Part shown: piece by piece, positions 28,793-38,178 of the stretch
Numbering within the stretch: position 1 is the stretch's first letter
How the letters are laid out: each line of letters begins with the position of its first letter
DNA from: Collinsella sp.
Lineage (GTDB): Bacteria > Actinomycetota > Coriobacteriia > Coriobacteriales > Coriobacteriaceae
Reading direction: 5' to 3'
Length of the DNA stretch: 64,000 bases
NCBI GenBank assembly: GCA_018367075.1
Contig: JAGZGX010000007.1
Location: 39,044-103,043 of the forward strand
Notes under the pieces: generated by a model
Told to the model about the DNA's origin: nothing
Database searches by the model: none
The model's input: only the letters and a program-made list of their open reading frames with translations
Made by a program: the position numbers and the translations under genes

Positions 28793-29668
28793 ATGTTCGA
28801 TATGGTTTCTCGCCGCGGATTCGTTTCGCTTTCTGCTGTCGCCGCTGCCGGCCTTGGTCTTGCCGGCTGTTCGGGCAGCAAGACGTCCGAGCCGGCCGGA
28901 TCCGATGCCGGCTCCGTCAAGTCTTCCTCTAAGAAGAAGGCTGTCGAGCTGCAGGTCTTTGCCGCTAACTCGCTCGAGAAAGCTCTGCCCGAGGTTCAGG
29001 AGCTCTACACCGAGCAGACCGGCACCACGTTTGCCGACACGCAGTTTAAGGCGTCTGGCGACCTTGTCGAGCAGATGCGCGCCGGTGCCGCCGTCGACGT
29101 GCTCATCACGGCCTCCAAGGGCACCATGGACGACGCCGAAGCCGCCGAGCTCGTCGATGCCGACACGCGTGAGGACATGTTCGTCAACGACCTCGTGATC
29201 ATTCGCGCCGAGGGCTCCGATACTAAGGTCGAGGCCATCGCCGACGTCGCGAATCTGGACGGTAAGATTGCCATTGGCGACGCCAAGACCGTCCCCGCCG
29301 GCAAGTACGCCAACCAGGCGCTGGCTTCCGTGGGCCTCTATACCGGTACCGAGGGCGACGACGGCGAGTACGCGCCCGAGCTCGCCGACAAGGTAGCCCT
29401 GGCCGACAAGGTCGGCACCGCTGCGTCTTACGTCTCTACAGGCGACTGCGTGGCGGGTTTTGTCTACAGCTCCGATATCTTCCGCTACGACGGCATCGAG
29501 GAGGCCTTCGTGTGCCCCGAGGACTCGCACAAGCCCATCGTGTATCCCGGTGCCGTCGCCGAGAGCTCCGAGCACGCCGACGAGGCCAAGGCGTTTATCG
29601 ACTTTTGCCTGTCGAACAAGAAGGCCCAGAAGATTTGGGGCAAGTACGGCTTTGAGCTTTCCGAGTAG
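28793..29668 (+). CDS. modA: Molybdate ABC transporter substrate-binding lipoprotein ModA.
   Basis: Twin-Arg/lipobox signal (SRRGFVSLSAVAAAGLGLAGCS). ModA-type periplasmic binding fold motifs (FAANSL ... GDAKTVPAGKYA). Confidence 0.82.
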   Translation: MFDMVSRRGFVSLSAVAAAGLGLAGCSGSKTSEPAGSDAGSVKSSSKKKAVELQVFAANSLEKALPEVQELYTEQTGTTFADTQFKASGDLVEQMRAGAAVDVLITASKGTMDDAEAAELVDADTREDMFVNDLVIIRAEGSDTKVEAIADVANLDGKIAIGDAKTVPAGKYANQALASVGLYTGTEGDDGEYAPELADKVALADKVGTAASYVSTGDCVAGFVYSSDIFRYDGIEEAFVCPEDSHKPIVYPGAVAESSEHADEAKAFIDFCLSNKKAQKIWGKYGFELSE

Positions 29669-31179
29669 TGCGGCTTGGCGCGATAATTCCATCGTTTTGT
29701 GTTTCACTCCGTCCTTGTATTCGCTTGGAGCTTTTCGTGCTTAATAGATTCCGCATGCTTGTCGCCTGTGCTTTGACCTTCGCGCTTTGCTGGGTGCCGG
29801 GATTTGCGTTTGCCGGGGACGCCGAGGACGGGGCCCAGGTTGCTGCGACCGCTCATGGGCTTTCCTATGGAATCGAGGGTTTTGAGCGGTTGGCGAAGGG
29901 GACCGCTCGTGCCATGGAGGGCCAGCCTGAGGGCTACCGGTTTCCCGTTGACGAGGATGTGGACCTTGTAGTGGCGCCTGCTGCCGATCGCGTTGTGGCG
30001 TGGATATCGCCCAAGGCGGTCGAGAAGTATAGATTGGATCCGCAGGACAACGAGTGCGTATCGGGTCTCAAGGCCCTCGTCTGTGACCTCGACAGCGCAA
30101 ACTGCATGGGAGGTGCGCGGCTGGGGGACGTGGATCTTCCTTGGTATGTCACGGCGGAAACAACGTTTGATGCCGGCGGGTATACCTATGGCTTTGATGA
30201 GCGCGGTGCGGATGGGGACCGCTATGTGGTGATTGCATCAGCCTCGGGTGATGCCAAGGGCGGCGCGCGTTGGCTTGATAGCGCTCAAATGGTAGAGGCG
30301 TCGTCTGTCATGTTGCGGGATGAGCAAGGGCCCTTGACCTCTCTGGTCTCCTTTTTGGGCGACATCGACTATCGCCCGTTTTGGGTGTCCATTAAAACGA
30401 GCGGCCTTGCCCTGGTGATCTCCCTTGCGCTGGGCCTGTTCGCCGCGTGGAAGACTATGGGTACCTCGAGTCGCATCAAGGGCCTGCTCGACTCGGTCTT
30501 TACCATCCCCATGGTGTTGCCGCCCACGGTCTGCGGCTTTTTGCTGCTTATGCTGTTTGGTCGCTCGACCGGGGTGGGCCAGTGGCTGATTGCGCACGGC
30601 GTCTCGATTGTCTTTACGTGGCCGGCGGCGGTGATCTCTGCCGTGGTGGTATCGTTCCCCCTGGTCTACCGTACGGCGCTCGGCGCCTTTGAGAGCCTCG
30701 ACACGCAGATGCTTGACGCCGCGCGAACCCTGGGATGGTCCGAGCGTCGCATCTTTGCCAAGCTTATGATGCCGCTTGGGTGGCCTTCTATTGCTGCTGG
30801 TACGGTCCTCGCCTTTGCCCGCGCGATGGGAGAGTTTGGCTGCACGCTGTTCTTTGCGGGCAACTACGCCGGCATCACGCAGACCATCCCCATCGCCATC
30901 TATTTTGAGTGGATGGGCGGCAATACGTCGGTCGCGCTCTTCTGGGTCGTGGTCGTAATTGCGTTCAGCTTCCTGGTCATCCTGTTCATTAACATGTACA
31001 CCGCCCATTCGCAAAAGTATCGCGAGCGGGGCCTTTCCCATGCGGGGCGCAAGCAGGCCAAAGACCTCGCCGGACAGGGTGATTCGCTCGACCCGGCGGG
31101 CGGCGATGCCCTGCGAATCGATCGCGAGGCGCTGGCCGAGCTTATGCGCGATGACGCGGTTGCGAAGGGAGGTCGATAG
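29668..31179 (+). CDS. modB: Molybdate ABC permease ModB fused to a ~210-aa N-terminal extracytoplasmic domain of unknown function. The start is uncertain: GTG 29668 (coupled to the modA stop) or ATG 29755.
   Basis: The C-terminal ~260 aa are a typical ModB/CysTW permease (LDSVFTIPMVLPPTV, EAA-loop region GEFG). The N-terminal part has a signal-like MLVACALTFALCWVPGFAFA, then a Gly/Asp-rich domain with 4 Cys, in the same frame. Confidence 0.72.
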   Translation: MRLGAIIPSFCVSLRPCIRLELFVLNRFRMLVACALTFALCWVPGFAFAGDAEDGAQVAATAHGLSYGIEGFERLAKGTARAMEGQPEGYRFPVDEDVDLVVAPAADRVVAWISPKAVEKYRLDPQDNECVSGLKALVCDLDSANCMGGARLGDVDLPWYVTAETTFDAGGYTYGFDERGADGDRYVVIASASGDAKGGARWLDSAQMVEASSVMLRDEQGPLTSLVSFLGDIDYRPFWVSIKTSGLALVISLALGLFAAWKTMGTSSRIKGLLDSVFTIPMVLPPTVCGFLLLMLFGRSTGVGQWLIAHGVSIVFTWPAAVISAVVVSFPLVYRTALGAFESLDTQMLDAARTLGWSERRIFAKLMMPLGWPSIAAGTVLAFARAMGEFGCTLFFAGNYAGITQTIPIAIYFEWMGGNTSVALFWVVVVIAFSFLVILFINMYTAHSQKYRERGLSHAGRKQAKDLAGQGDSLDPAGGDALRIDREALAELMRDDAVAKGGR

Positions 31180-31182
31180 GCC

Positions 31183-32253
31183 ATGTCGCTCGTTCTGGAT
31201 ATTAAAAAGCGCTATCCCGGGTTTATGCTCGACATGCAGCTTGAGGCCGGCGAGGAGCGTGTGGCGCTGCTCGGTGCCTCGGGTTGCGGCAAGAGCTGCA
31301 CCTTGCGCTGCATTGCCGGTGTGGAGACGCCCGACGAGGGCAAGATCGTCGTCAACGGCGTGACCTTTTTTGACTCGGCGGCGGGCATCAACCTGTCGCC
31401 CCAGGAGCGCAAATGCGCCCTGCTGTTCCAAAACTATCAGCTGTTTCCCAACATGACGGTGGCCGATAACGTATGTGCCGGCGTAAAGGACGCGGGCGAC
31501 GCCGCGGCGCGTAAAAAACTTGCCGAGCGCTACCTGGGCATCTTTGGCCTAGCCGATTTTGCCGACCGCTATCCCGCGCGCCTCTCGGGCGGTCAGCAGC
31601 AACGTGTGGCGCTTGCCCGTATGGTGGCGGCTCACCCGGGCATCTTTATGTTCGACGAGCCCATGAGCGCACTCGATTCCTATCTTAAGAGCGCCCTCGA
31701 ACAGAACATGCTCGACCTGTTCGATGTATGCAACCGCACCGTGCTCTATGTGAGCCACGACATCGACGAAGCGTGCCGCCTGTGCCAGCGCATCTGCGTG
31801 ATGCACGACGGGCATGTTGAGGAGATCGGCTCCGTCGAGGACGTGGTCCGCCGTCCGCAGACGCTGGCGGCGCTGCGCCTGACGGGCTGCAAGAACACAA
31901 GCCGGGCGCGCAAGATCGGCGACGAAGAAGTTGAGGCGCTCGATTGGGGCATGACCTTTAACGTGGGTCGCGAGGTTCCCGATAATGTGGCGTACCTGGG
32001 CATTCGCGCGAGCTACTTCCATGTGGACAACCGTGCCGAGCGGGGTCGCAACAGCTACGACCTGCACGTGGCGCGCGTGAGCGATTCGCGTTTTGAGCGC
32101 CTGGTGCTGTTGGATGCGCCGCGGGCCGATGCGCCAACGCGTCTGCAGTGGAAGGTCAACAAATTGAGCGTACCAGCGGATGGGTTACCGCAAGAAGGCG
32201 AGACCCTGCGTATGCATTTTGATGCCAGCAGGATCCATCTGGTTTGTCGGTAG
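31183..32253 (+). CDS. modC: Molybdate ABC transporter ATPase ModC with a C-terminal TOBE/Mop domain.
   Basis: Walker A GASGCGKS, signature LSGGQQQRV, Walker B IFMFDEP, plus a ~120-aa C-terminal extension. Confidence 0.85.
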   Translation: MSLVLDIKKRYPGFMLDMQLEAGEERVALLGASGCGKSCTLRCIAGVETPDEGKIVVNGVTFFDSAAGINLSPQERKCALLFQNYQLFPNMTVADNVCAGVKDAGDAAARKKLAERYLGIFGLADFADRYPARLSGGQQQRVALARMVAAHPGIFMFDEPMSALDSYLKSALEQNMLDLFDVCNRTVLYVSHDIDEACRLCQRICVMHDGHVEEIGSVEDVVRRPQTLAALRLTGCKNTSRARKIGDEEVEALDWGMTFNVGREVPDNVAYLGIRASYFHVDNRAERGRNSYDLHVARVSDSRFERLVLLDAPRADAPTRLQWKVNKLSVPADGLPQEGETLRMHFDASRIHLVCR

Positions 32254-32454
32254 CGCCGGGTAATGCCGTCGGGGATATAAGTCTCGGCGGCTTTGTCTTG
32301 CCGTTCGCCGAATGAAGGATGACAAACTCTTATCAACACAGATAATTATTTATTAAACGGCGGCACACGACGCTGTCGTACGAATGTCAACGGTGTTCGC
32401 ATGGTCGACGACCGTTGATATAGTTGACCTTAACTTGTAAAGGAGGACGCGCAC

Positions 32455-32523
32455 ATGCCGCAGACGACATACATTCGCCGCGTTGCCGCGCGCGCCCTGT
32501 ATATGGCTCGGAGTCGCATATGA
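32455..32523 (+). CDS. Candidate 22-aa leader peptide MPQTTYIRRVAARALYMARSRI upstream of the HgdAB-like genes. Speculative.
   Basis: Near-consensus SD AAAGGAGG 8 nt before the ATG, in a 430-bp untranslated spacer. Confidence 0.25.
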   Translation: MPQTTYIRRVAARALYMARSRI

Positions 32524-32682
32524 GCAGGTATGTTCACGGCTCCGGGAGAGACGACGCACAACTAAATAATCGACCGCAAAGCAGGTTCCCCAAAATTCCG
32601 GGTTTAGGCACGGCTGGGTTTTCGCCGCCCACCGTGCAGCAATACCGTAGTTATCCGTATTTGGTTCGAGAGGGGAACCGTC

Positions 32683-33966
32683 ATGGCTGAAGAATTTGAT
32701 TTCCATCCGATGTGGGAGAGCCTCGGCATGAATCTTGCCGACCACGACATGCTGCTGGGCGCTGTGGGCCAGATGTACGGCGACATGTTCCTGACGCAGA
32801 ACAATCGCCCCAAGTCCACGTCCTACCTGGATTTTGTCGCCACCAACATCCACAGCGGCCGTATTAAGGAGATGCTCGACAAGAAGGAGGCCGGCGAGGC
32901 CACCAAGATCGTCGGCTCGTTCTGCGTGTACGTGCCCGAGGAGATCGTGCTTGCCTGTGACGGCATTCCCGTGGGCCTGTGCTCGGGTGCCGATTGGGCA
33001 ACCGATAAGGTCGAGGAGCACCTGCCGCGCAACACCTGCCCGCTTATCAAGAGCTTTGCCGGCTTTAAGCTGGGCGAGGTCTGCCCCTACATTGAGTCGA
33101 GTGACCTGGTGGTAGGCGAGAACACCTGCGACGGTAAGAAGAAAGCCTACGAGTTCTTTGCCACGCAAAAGAACATGTACGTCATGGATATTCCCAACGT
33201 GCACGACGAGTCGACGCTCGTGACCTGGAAGGCCGAGGTCAAGAAGCTCGCCGCCAAGATCGAGGACGAGTGCGGCGTCAAGATTACGCCCGAGGGCCTG
33301 AAGGCTGCCATCCACGCCGTCAATGAGAAGCGCCGCGCCCTGCAGCGCCTCGCTGCGACCCGCGCTGCCGACCCTGCGCCCATCAGCGGTCTCGACAGCC
33401 TGCTGACCGTTCAGGCCGCCTTTATGGACGACACACCGCGTCTGACCGGAGCCATCAACGATATGGCGGCTGAGTGCGAGCAGCGTGTCGAGGCCGGCGA
33501 GGGCGTGGCACCCAAGGGGACCAAGCGCATCCTGTACACCGGTACGCCCATGGCCGTGCCCAACTGGAAGCTGTTCAACCTTATCGAGAAGGCCGGCGGC
33601 GTTGTGGTAGGCGAGGAGTCCTGCACGGGCTCGCGCTACTACAAGGACCTGGTCGACGAGTCCGGCGAGACGGTCGACGAGATGCTCGATGCCATCGCCG
33701 AGCGCTACTTTAGGATCAACTGCGCCGTCTTTACGCCCAACGACCAGCGTATGAAGGACATTGTCCAGATGGCCAAGGACCTGCATGCCGACGGCATCGT
33801 CGACGTGGCTCTGCAGTTCTGCACGCTCTACGAGATGGAGTCGTTTGCCGTGGAGAAGGCCGCCGAGGAGGCCGGCATTCCGTTTATGCACATCACGACC
33901 GACTACGCCGGCGAGGACGCAGGTCAGCTGCAAACCAGGATCGAGGCTTTCTTGGAAACCATTTAG
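32683..33966 (+). CDS. 2-hydroxyacyl-CoA dehydratase / benzoyl-CoA reductase BcrC-BadD-HgdB family protein, subunit 1 (HgdA/HadB-like), 427 aa.
   Basis: Conserved Cys positions ([31 protein letters not shown]) and the overall collinearity typical of HGD-D family alpha subunits. Confidence 0.65.
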   Translation: MAEEFDFHPMWESLGMNLADHDMLLGAVGQMYGDMFLTQNNRPKSTSYLDFVATNIHSGRIKEMLDKKEAGEATKIVGSFCVYVPEEIVLACDGIPVGLCSGADWATDKVEEHLPRNTCPLIKSFAGFKLGEVCPYIESSDLVVGENTCDGKKKAYEFFATQKNMYVMDIPNVHDESTLVTWKAEVKKLAAKIEDECGVKITPEGLKAAIHAVNEKRRALQRLAATRAADPAPISGLDSLLTVQAAFMDDTPRLTGAINDMAAECEQRVEAGEGVAPKGTKRILYTGTPMAVPNWKLFNLIEKAGGVVVGEESCTGSRYYKDLVDESGETVDEMLDAIAERYFRINCAVFTPNDQRMKDIVQMAKDLHADGIVDVALQFCTLYEMESFAVEKAAEEAGIPFMHITTDYAGEDAGQLQTRIEAFLETI

Positions 33967-34120
33967 AGCTATCCGTCTCGGCGGCTTCCCCAGGCACCCG
34001 GTCTTGCCGTTCAAACCGTCGCTTGCGTACCAAAGTACGCGGCGCTTCTCTTTCACGGCAACCTCGGGCACCTGGGAAAGCCGTTTCCTTGGTTGGTTAA
34101 AAGGTTTGTTAAGGAGCTAT

Positions 34121-35284
34121 ATGCCGGAATATATTGAGCAGCCGTTGCCGTCCACGTTTGAGGAGTTCAACGAGCAGCGCAAGGCGGCGTTTATTCGCGT
34201 CAAGGATTACAAGCAGGCCGGTAATCGCCTGATCGGTTTTCTGTGCAGCTACACGCCGCTCGAGATTATCGATGCCGCGGGCGCCTCGAGCGTGGCTCTG
34301 TGCGGTACGTCCGATGAGGTGATTCCCGAGGCCGAGAAGGTGCTGCCGGCAAATCTCTGCCCGCTCATCAAGTCGACCTATGGCTTTGCCTACTCGCAAA
34401 AGTGCCCGTTTACGTACTTTAGCGACATGATCATCGGCGAGACCACCTGCGACGGCAAAAAGAAGATGTACGAGCTGCTCAACGAGCTCAAGCGCACGCA
34501 CATTCTGCATCTTCCGCAGGGTCGCGACCGTGCCTACGAGCGCGAGGGCTGGTACGAGGAGTGCTGCCTGCTCAAGGAGGAGCTCGAGGGCTTCTACGGC
34601 ATCACGATTACCGACGATGACCTGCGCGCTGCCGTCCGTCGTCGCAACCGCTTGCGTGCGGCCCAGCTCGAGATGTTTGCGCTGCAGGCCAACCAGCCGG
34701 CGGCCATGAGCGGCGTCGACCTGATGAGCACCATGTTTGCCGGTACGTTCAGCTTTGATATCGAGGCCTATACGCAGCAGCTGGAGCAAAAGGTCGCCAA
34801 GCTGCGCGAGGCCTATGATGCAGGCGAGCGCCCGATCGCGGCGGATGCCAAGCGCATTCTGATCACCGGCTGCCCGGTGGGCGGCGTGATCAACAAGATC
34901 GGTCGCACCATCGAGTCCAACGGCGGCGTGGTCGTGTGCATGGACGACTGCTCGGGCGAGCGCACGGCGGCCATGATGATCGACCCGGAGGCTCCCGACA
35001 TCCTTCGCGCCATCGCCGACCGCTACCTGGATATCAACTGCTCGGTCATGACGCCCAGCGACGGTCGTATGGAAAACACGCTGGCCATGTGCGAGAAGTA
35101 TCACGTCGATGGCGTAGTGGAGAGCGTGCTCCAGGCGTGTCACACCTTTAACGTGGAGAGTGCGCGCATGCAGGAGGCTGTCGAGGGTGCGGGTATTCCG
35201 TATATGAAGATCGAGACCGACTACAGCAACGGCGACATGGGCCAGATCGAGACGCGCATCGCCGCCTTCATCGAAACCCTGTAG
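34121..35284 (+). CDS. HGD-D family protein, subunit 2 (HgdB/HadC-like), 388 aa.
   Basis: [31 protein letters not shown] and DDCSGERT motifs. The track ORF 33761..35284 is trimmed to MPEYIEQPL, which has the SD AAGGAG. Confidence 0.65.
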   Translation: MPEYIEQPLPSTFEEFNEQRKAAFIRVKDYKQAGNRLIGFLCSYTPLEIIDAAGASSVALCGTSDEVIPEAEKVLPANLCPLIKSTYGFAYSQKCPFTYFSDMIIGETTCDGKKKMYELLNELKRTHILHLPQGRDRAYEREGWYEECCLLKEELEGFYGITITDDDLRAAVRRRNRLRAAQLEMFALQANQPAAMSGVDLMSTMFAGTFSFDIEAYTQQLEQKVAKLREAYDAGERPIAADAKRILITGCPVGGVINKIGRTIESNGGVVVCMDDCSGERTAAMMIDPEAPDILRAIADRYLDINCSVMTPSDGRMENTLAMCEKYHVDGVVESVLQACHTFNVESARMQEAVEGAGIPYMKIETDYSNGDMGQIETRIAAFIETL

Positions 35285-35334
35285 GACAAATGCGGCAAAG
35301 GGATAGTTGCTTTGCCGCATAGAAGGAGGATGCC

Positions 35335-36099
35335 GTGGTTGGCATTGGTATCGACATAGGCTCGACGGCCGCGAAGGCTGCAGTGGTGGAGACGGACGGC
35401 GCCATTGCGTGGACCTGCGTCATGCCGACGGGGTATTCGTCGGTCGATGCGGCCGAGCGCTTGCGCGGCGAGCTCGCTGCAGCCGACTATGACGTGGCTG
35501 CCGACGACGTGCGCGTGATCGCGACCGGCTACGGCCGTGTCGCCGTGCCCTATGCGCACAAGGTCGTGACCGAGATCACCTGCCACGGCACCGGTGCCGT
35601 GCGCCTGTTTGGCGATCACGGCACGGTGATTGACGTGGGCGGCCAGGACACCAAGGTCATTCAGCTTAAAAGTGGCCGCGTGGCCAAGTTCGCCATGAAC
35701 GACAAGTGCGCTGCCGGTACGGGGCGCTTTTTGGAGATCATGGCCGACCGTCTGGGTATTTCCCAACAGCAGATGGCCGACCTTGCGCGTTCCGGTGAGC
35801 CCACCAAGATCAGCAGCATGTGCACGGTGTTTGCCGAAAGCGAGGTCATCAGCCTGATCGGTCGCGGTGAGCCGCGCGAGAACATTGCACGTGGCGTGAT
35901 CGACAGCGTGGTCTCGCGCGTGGCGACCATGGCCGGGCAGGCCGCGGGCGCCCCGTACTACCTGACCGGTGGCCTGTGCGAGAACGCCTTCGTGGTGGAG
36001 CGGTTGGGCGAGCTGCTGGGGTCGCCGGTGACCACCTCGCCCCAGGCTCGCTTTGCCGGAGCGATTGGCGCGGCGATTCGCGCACAGGCGCTCAATTAA
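35335..36099 (+). CDS. CoA-substrate-specific enzyme activase (HgdC/HadI-type ATPase; BcrAD_BadFG family).
   Basis: GIDIGSTAAKAAV, ITCHGTGA, VIDVGGQDTKVIQL and DKCAAGTGRFLE actin-fold ATPase motifs. Two Cys for the bridging [4Fe-4S]. Confidence 0.78.
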   Translation: MVGIGIDIGSTAAKAAVVETDGAIAWTCVMPTGYSSVDAAERLRGELAAADYDVAADDVRVIATGYGRVAVPYAHKVVTEITCHGTGAVRLFGDHGTVIDVGGQDTKVIQLKSGRVAKFAMNDKCAAGTGRFLEIMADRLGISQQQMADLARSGEPTKISSMCTVFAESEVISLIGRGEPRENIARGVIDSVVSRVATMAGQAAGAPYYLTGGLCENAFVVERLGELLGSPVTTSPQARFAGAIGAAIRAQALN

Positions 36100-36169
36100 T
36101 GCATCCGCCGTAGGCTCGCATTCATGCGTATACTGGGAGAAAATGATTGACCGATGAGAGGAGGTATCG

Positions 36170-37219
36170 ATGGCTGACGATCAGATTAAGCTTACGTCTA
36201 TGACTGCCGCGAGCGGTTGAGCCGCTAAGTTGGCTCCCGGAGCCCTCGCCCAGGTCCTGGGCGATTTGCCAAATGTGCATAACGACAACTTGCTCGTGGG
36301 GTTCGATACCTCCGACGATGCGAGCGTCCTTCGCGTCGGCGATAACCTGGGCCTCGTTCAGTCCGTCGACTTCTTCCCGCCGATGGTCGACGACCCGTTT
36401 CTGTTTGGCCAGATCGCCGCGGCCAATTCGCTGTCGGACATCTACGCCATGGGCGGGCGGCCGAGCCATGCCATGAACCTGCTGTGCATTCCCAGTTGCC
36501 TGGGCGTCGAGGTCGCAGGTCAGATTCTGGCGGGCGGCGCCGACAAGTGCGTCGAGGCGGGTTGCTCCATCGCGGGCGGCCACACCATCAACGACGACGA
36601 GCCCAAGTACGGCCTGTCCGTGAGCGGCTTTGTCGCGCTCGATCGTATGCTTGCCAATAGCGGCGCGCGCGTGGGCGACGTCCTGTTGCTGACCAAGGCG
36701 ATCGGCTCGGGCATCATCACCACGGCCATTAAGGGCGAGCTTATCGAGCAAGATGAGGCCGCGGCCATGTTTGACTCGATGCGCACCCTCAACGAGGCTC
36801 CGATTCGTTTGGCCGAGGGACTTGAGCTTCACGGCTGCACCGACATTACGGGCTTTGGCCTGATCGGGCATGCGTGCGAGATGGCCGAGGGCTCGGGCGT
36901 GCAGATTGAGCTTGCGTCGGGGGCGGTGCCGCTCTTTGATCAGGTGCTTGACATGGCGCGTCTGGGCATTATCCCCGCGGGCTCCTACCGCAACCAGGAC
37001 TTCTTTGGCCCGCGCGTGACAGCTGACGATGACTTGGAGCCGGGAATGCTGGATGCGCTGTACGATCCGCAGACCTCGGGCGGTTTGCTAATTGCGGCGC
37101 CCGCGGCGGATGTGGATGAGCTTGCGCGTCGTCTGCACGCTGAGGGGCGCGTTGCCGCCACAATCGGCCGCGTGTGCGAGCCGGTGCCGGGCGGTCCTGC
37201 TGTTCGCGTTGTTCGCTAA
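36170..37219 (+). CDS. selD: Selenide, water dikinase SelD. It is a selenoprotein, with the in-frame UGA at 36218..36220 being codon 17 (Sec).
   Basis: MADDQIKLTSMTAASG-U-AAKLAPGALAQVL matches the SelD N-terminal TxxxxxxG(C/U)xxK motif, with Sec at the position of E. coli Cys17. SD GAGAGGAGG 5 nt before the ATG at 36170. The track begins the ORF only at the TTG at 36230. Confidence 0.88.
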
Positions 37220-37280
37220 CCCGCACGTTTATGTAACTGTTTACCGTTCTCTAGAACGGTTCTTTCGAAAGGAATTTACT

Positions 37281-37907
37281 ATGTCTACCAAGATTGAAGT
37301 CAATGCCATGGGCGATGCCTGCCCGCTGCCCGTCGTCAAGACGCTCAAAGCTCTGAAGCAGCTCGATGGCGAGGGCACCGTCGTGACCTCGGTCGATAAC
37401 GAGACCGCCGTCAAGAACATCTCCAAGATGGCGCAGGAGAAGGGTTGCACGGCCTCGGTCGAGAAGGTTTCTGACGCCGAGTGGCACGTGACCGTGGCGA
37501 CCTCTGGCGCCGTTGCCGTGGCCGATCCCGAGCAGGATGGCGCTGTCTTCTGTAATGCCAGCGCCGGCAAGGGCAAGCTCGTCATTTCCGTCTACACCGA
37601 CTGCATGGGCCGCGGCGACGATGAGCTGGGCCACAAGCTCATGAAGGCCTTCATCTTTGCCGTGACGCAGCAGGAGGAGCTGCCCGCGACTATGCTGTTT
37701 TACAACGGCGGTGCCAAGCTCACCGTCGAGGGCTCGCCGGTGCTCGATGACCTGAAGGGCTTGGCGGAGCAGGGTGTCGAGATTCTCACCTGCGGTACCT
37801 GCCTGGACCACTTTGGCATTAAGGACCAGCTTGCGGTGGGCGAGGTCACCAACATGTACGTGATCGTGGAGAAGATGGAGCAGGCCGTGCGCGTCGTGCG
37901 CCCGTAG
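37281..37907 (+). CDS. yedF: Selenium-metabolism protein YedF (TusA/SirA-like N-domain plus DsrE-like C-domain).
   Basis: N-terminal NAMGDACPLPVVKT (TusA CPxP motif) and a C-terminal DsrE/DsrF-like region. The track ORF is trimmed to MSTKIE with SD GAAAGGAA. Confidence 0.7.
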   Translation: MSTKIEVNAMGDACPLPVVKTLKALKQLDGEGTVVTSVDNETAVKNISKMAQEKGCTASVEKVSDAEWHVTVATSGAVAVADPEQDGAVFCNASAGKGKLVISVYTDCMGRGDDELGHKLMKAFIFAVTQQEELPATMLFYNGGAKLTVEGSPVLDDLKGLAEQGVEILTCGTCLDHFGIKDQLAVGEVTNMYVIVEKMEQAVRVVRP

Positions 37908-37926
37908 CGTATTGGTTGGAGTTGCC

Positions 37927-38178
37927 ATGAGGGAGAAGCGCCCGGCGCTTGTCATCACGTTTCCCACCACGGCGGCCGCCATGGGTTGCGAGTCCCTGTG
38001 CATCGAGCGCGGTCTTCCCGGGCGGACGATTCCCGTGCCCGGGGAGGTCGCTGCCGGCTGCGGTTTGGCGTGGAAGGCGTTGCCTGTCGATGAGGAGCTG
38101 CTGCGCGGCGAACTCGCCGCGGCGGGCGTTCCCACTGAGGGCTATACCGTGATTAATATGTGGGAGGTCGTGCGATGA
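37927..38178 (+). CDS. DUF3343 / putative Se/S carrier protein-like small protein, 83 aa.
   Basis: Small protein with conserved Cys (ITFPTT...GCESLC...GCG). The position between yedF and a class-V aminotransferase is the typical context for this family. Its stop overlaps the next start (ATGA). Confidence 0.55.
   Translation: MREKRPALVITFPTTAAAMGCESLCIERGLPGRTIPVPGEVAAGCGLAWKALPVDEELLRGELAAAGVPTEGYTVINMWEVVR

Noticed and set aside
29668-29757. Calling ATG 29755 the definite modB start (giving a clean signal peptide), versus GTG 29668.
   Set aside because: Neither candidate has a convincing SD. GTG 29668 overlaps the modA stop (TAGTG), which would allow translational coupling. The start is left unresolved, and the feature is given with the longer coordinates.
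33761-34120. The N-terminal 120 codons of track ORF 33761..35284 as part of the second HgdAB-like subunit.
   Set aside because: That stretch overlaps the 3' end of the upstream subunit gene in another frame, has no family similarity, and contains the intercistronic inverted repeat. Homology and a consensus SD (AAGGAG) begin at the ATG at 34121.
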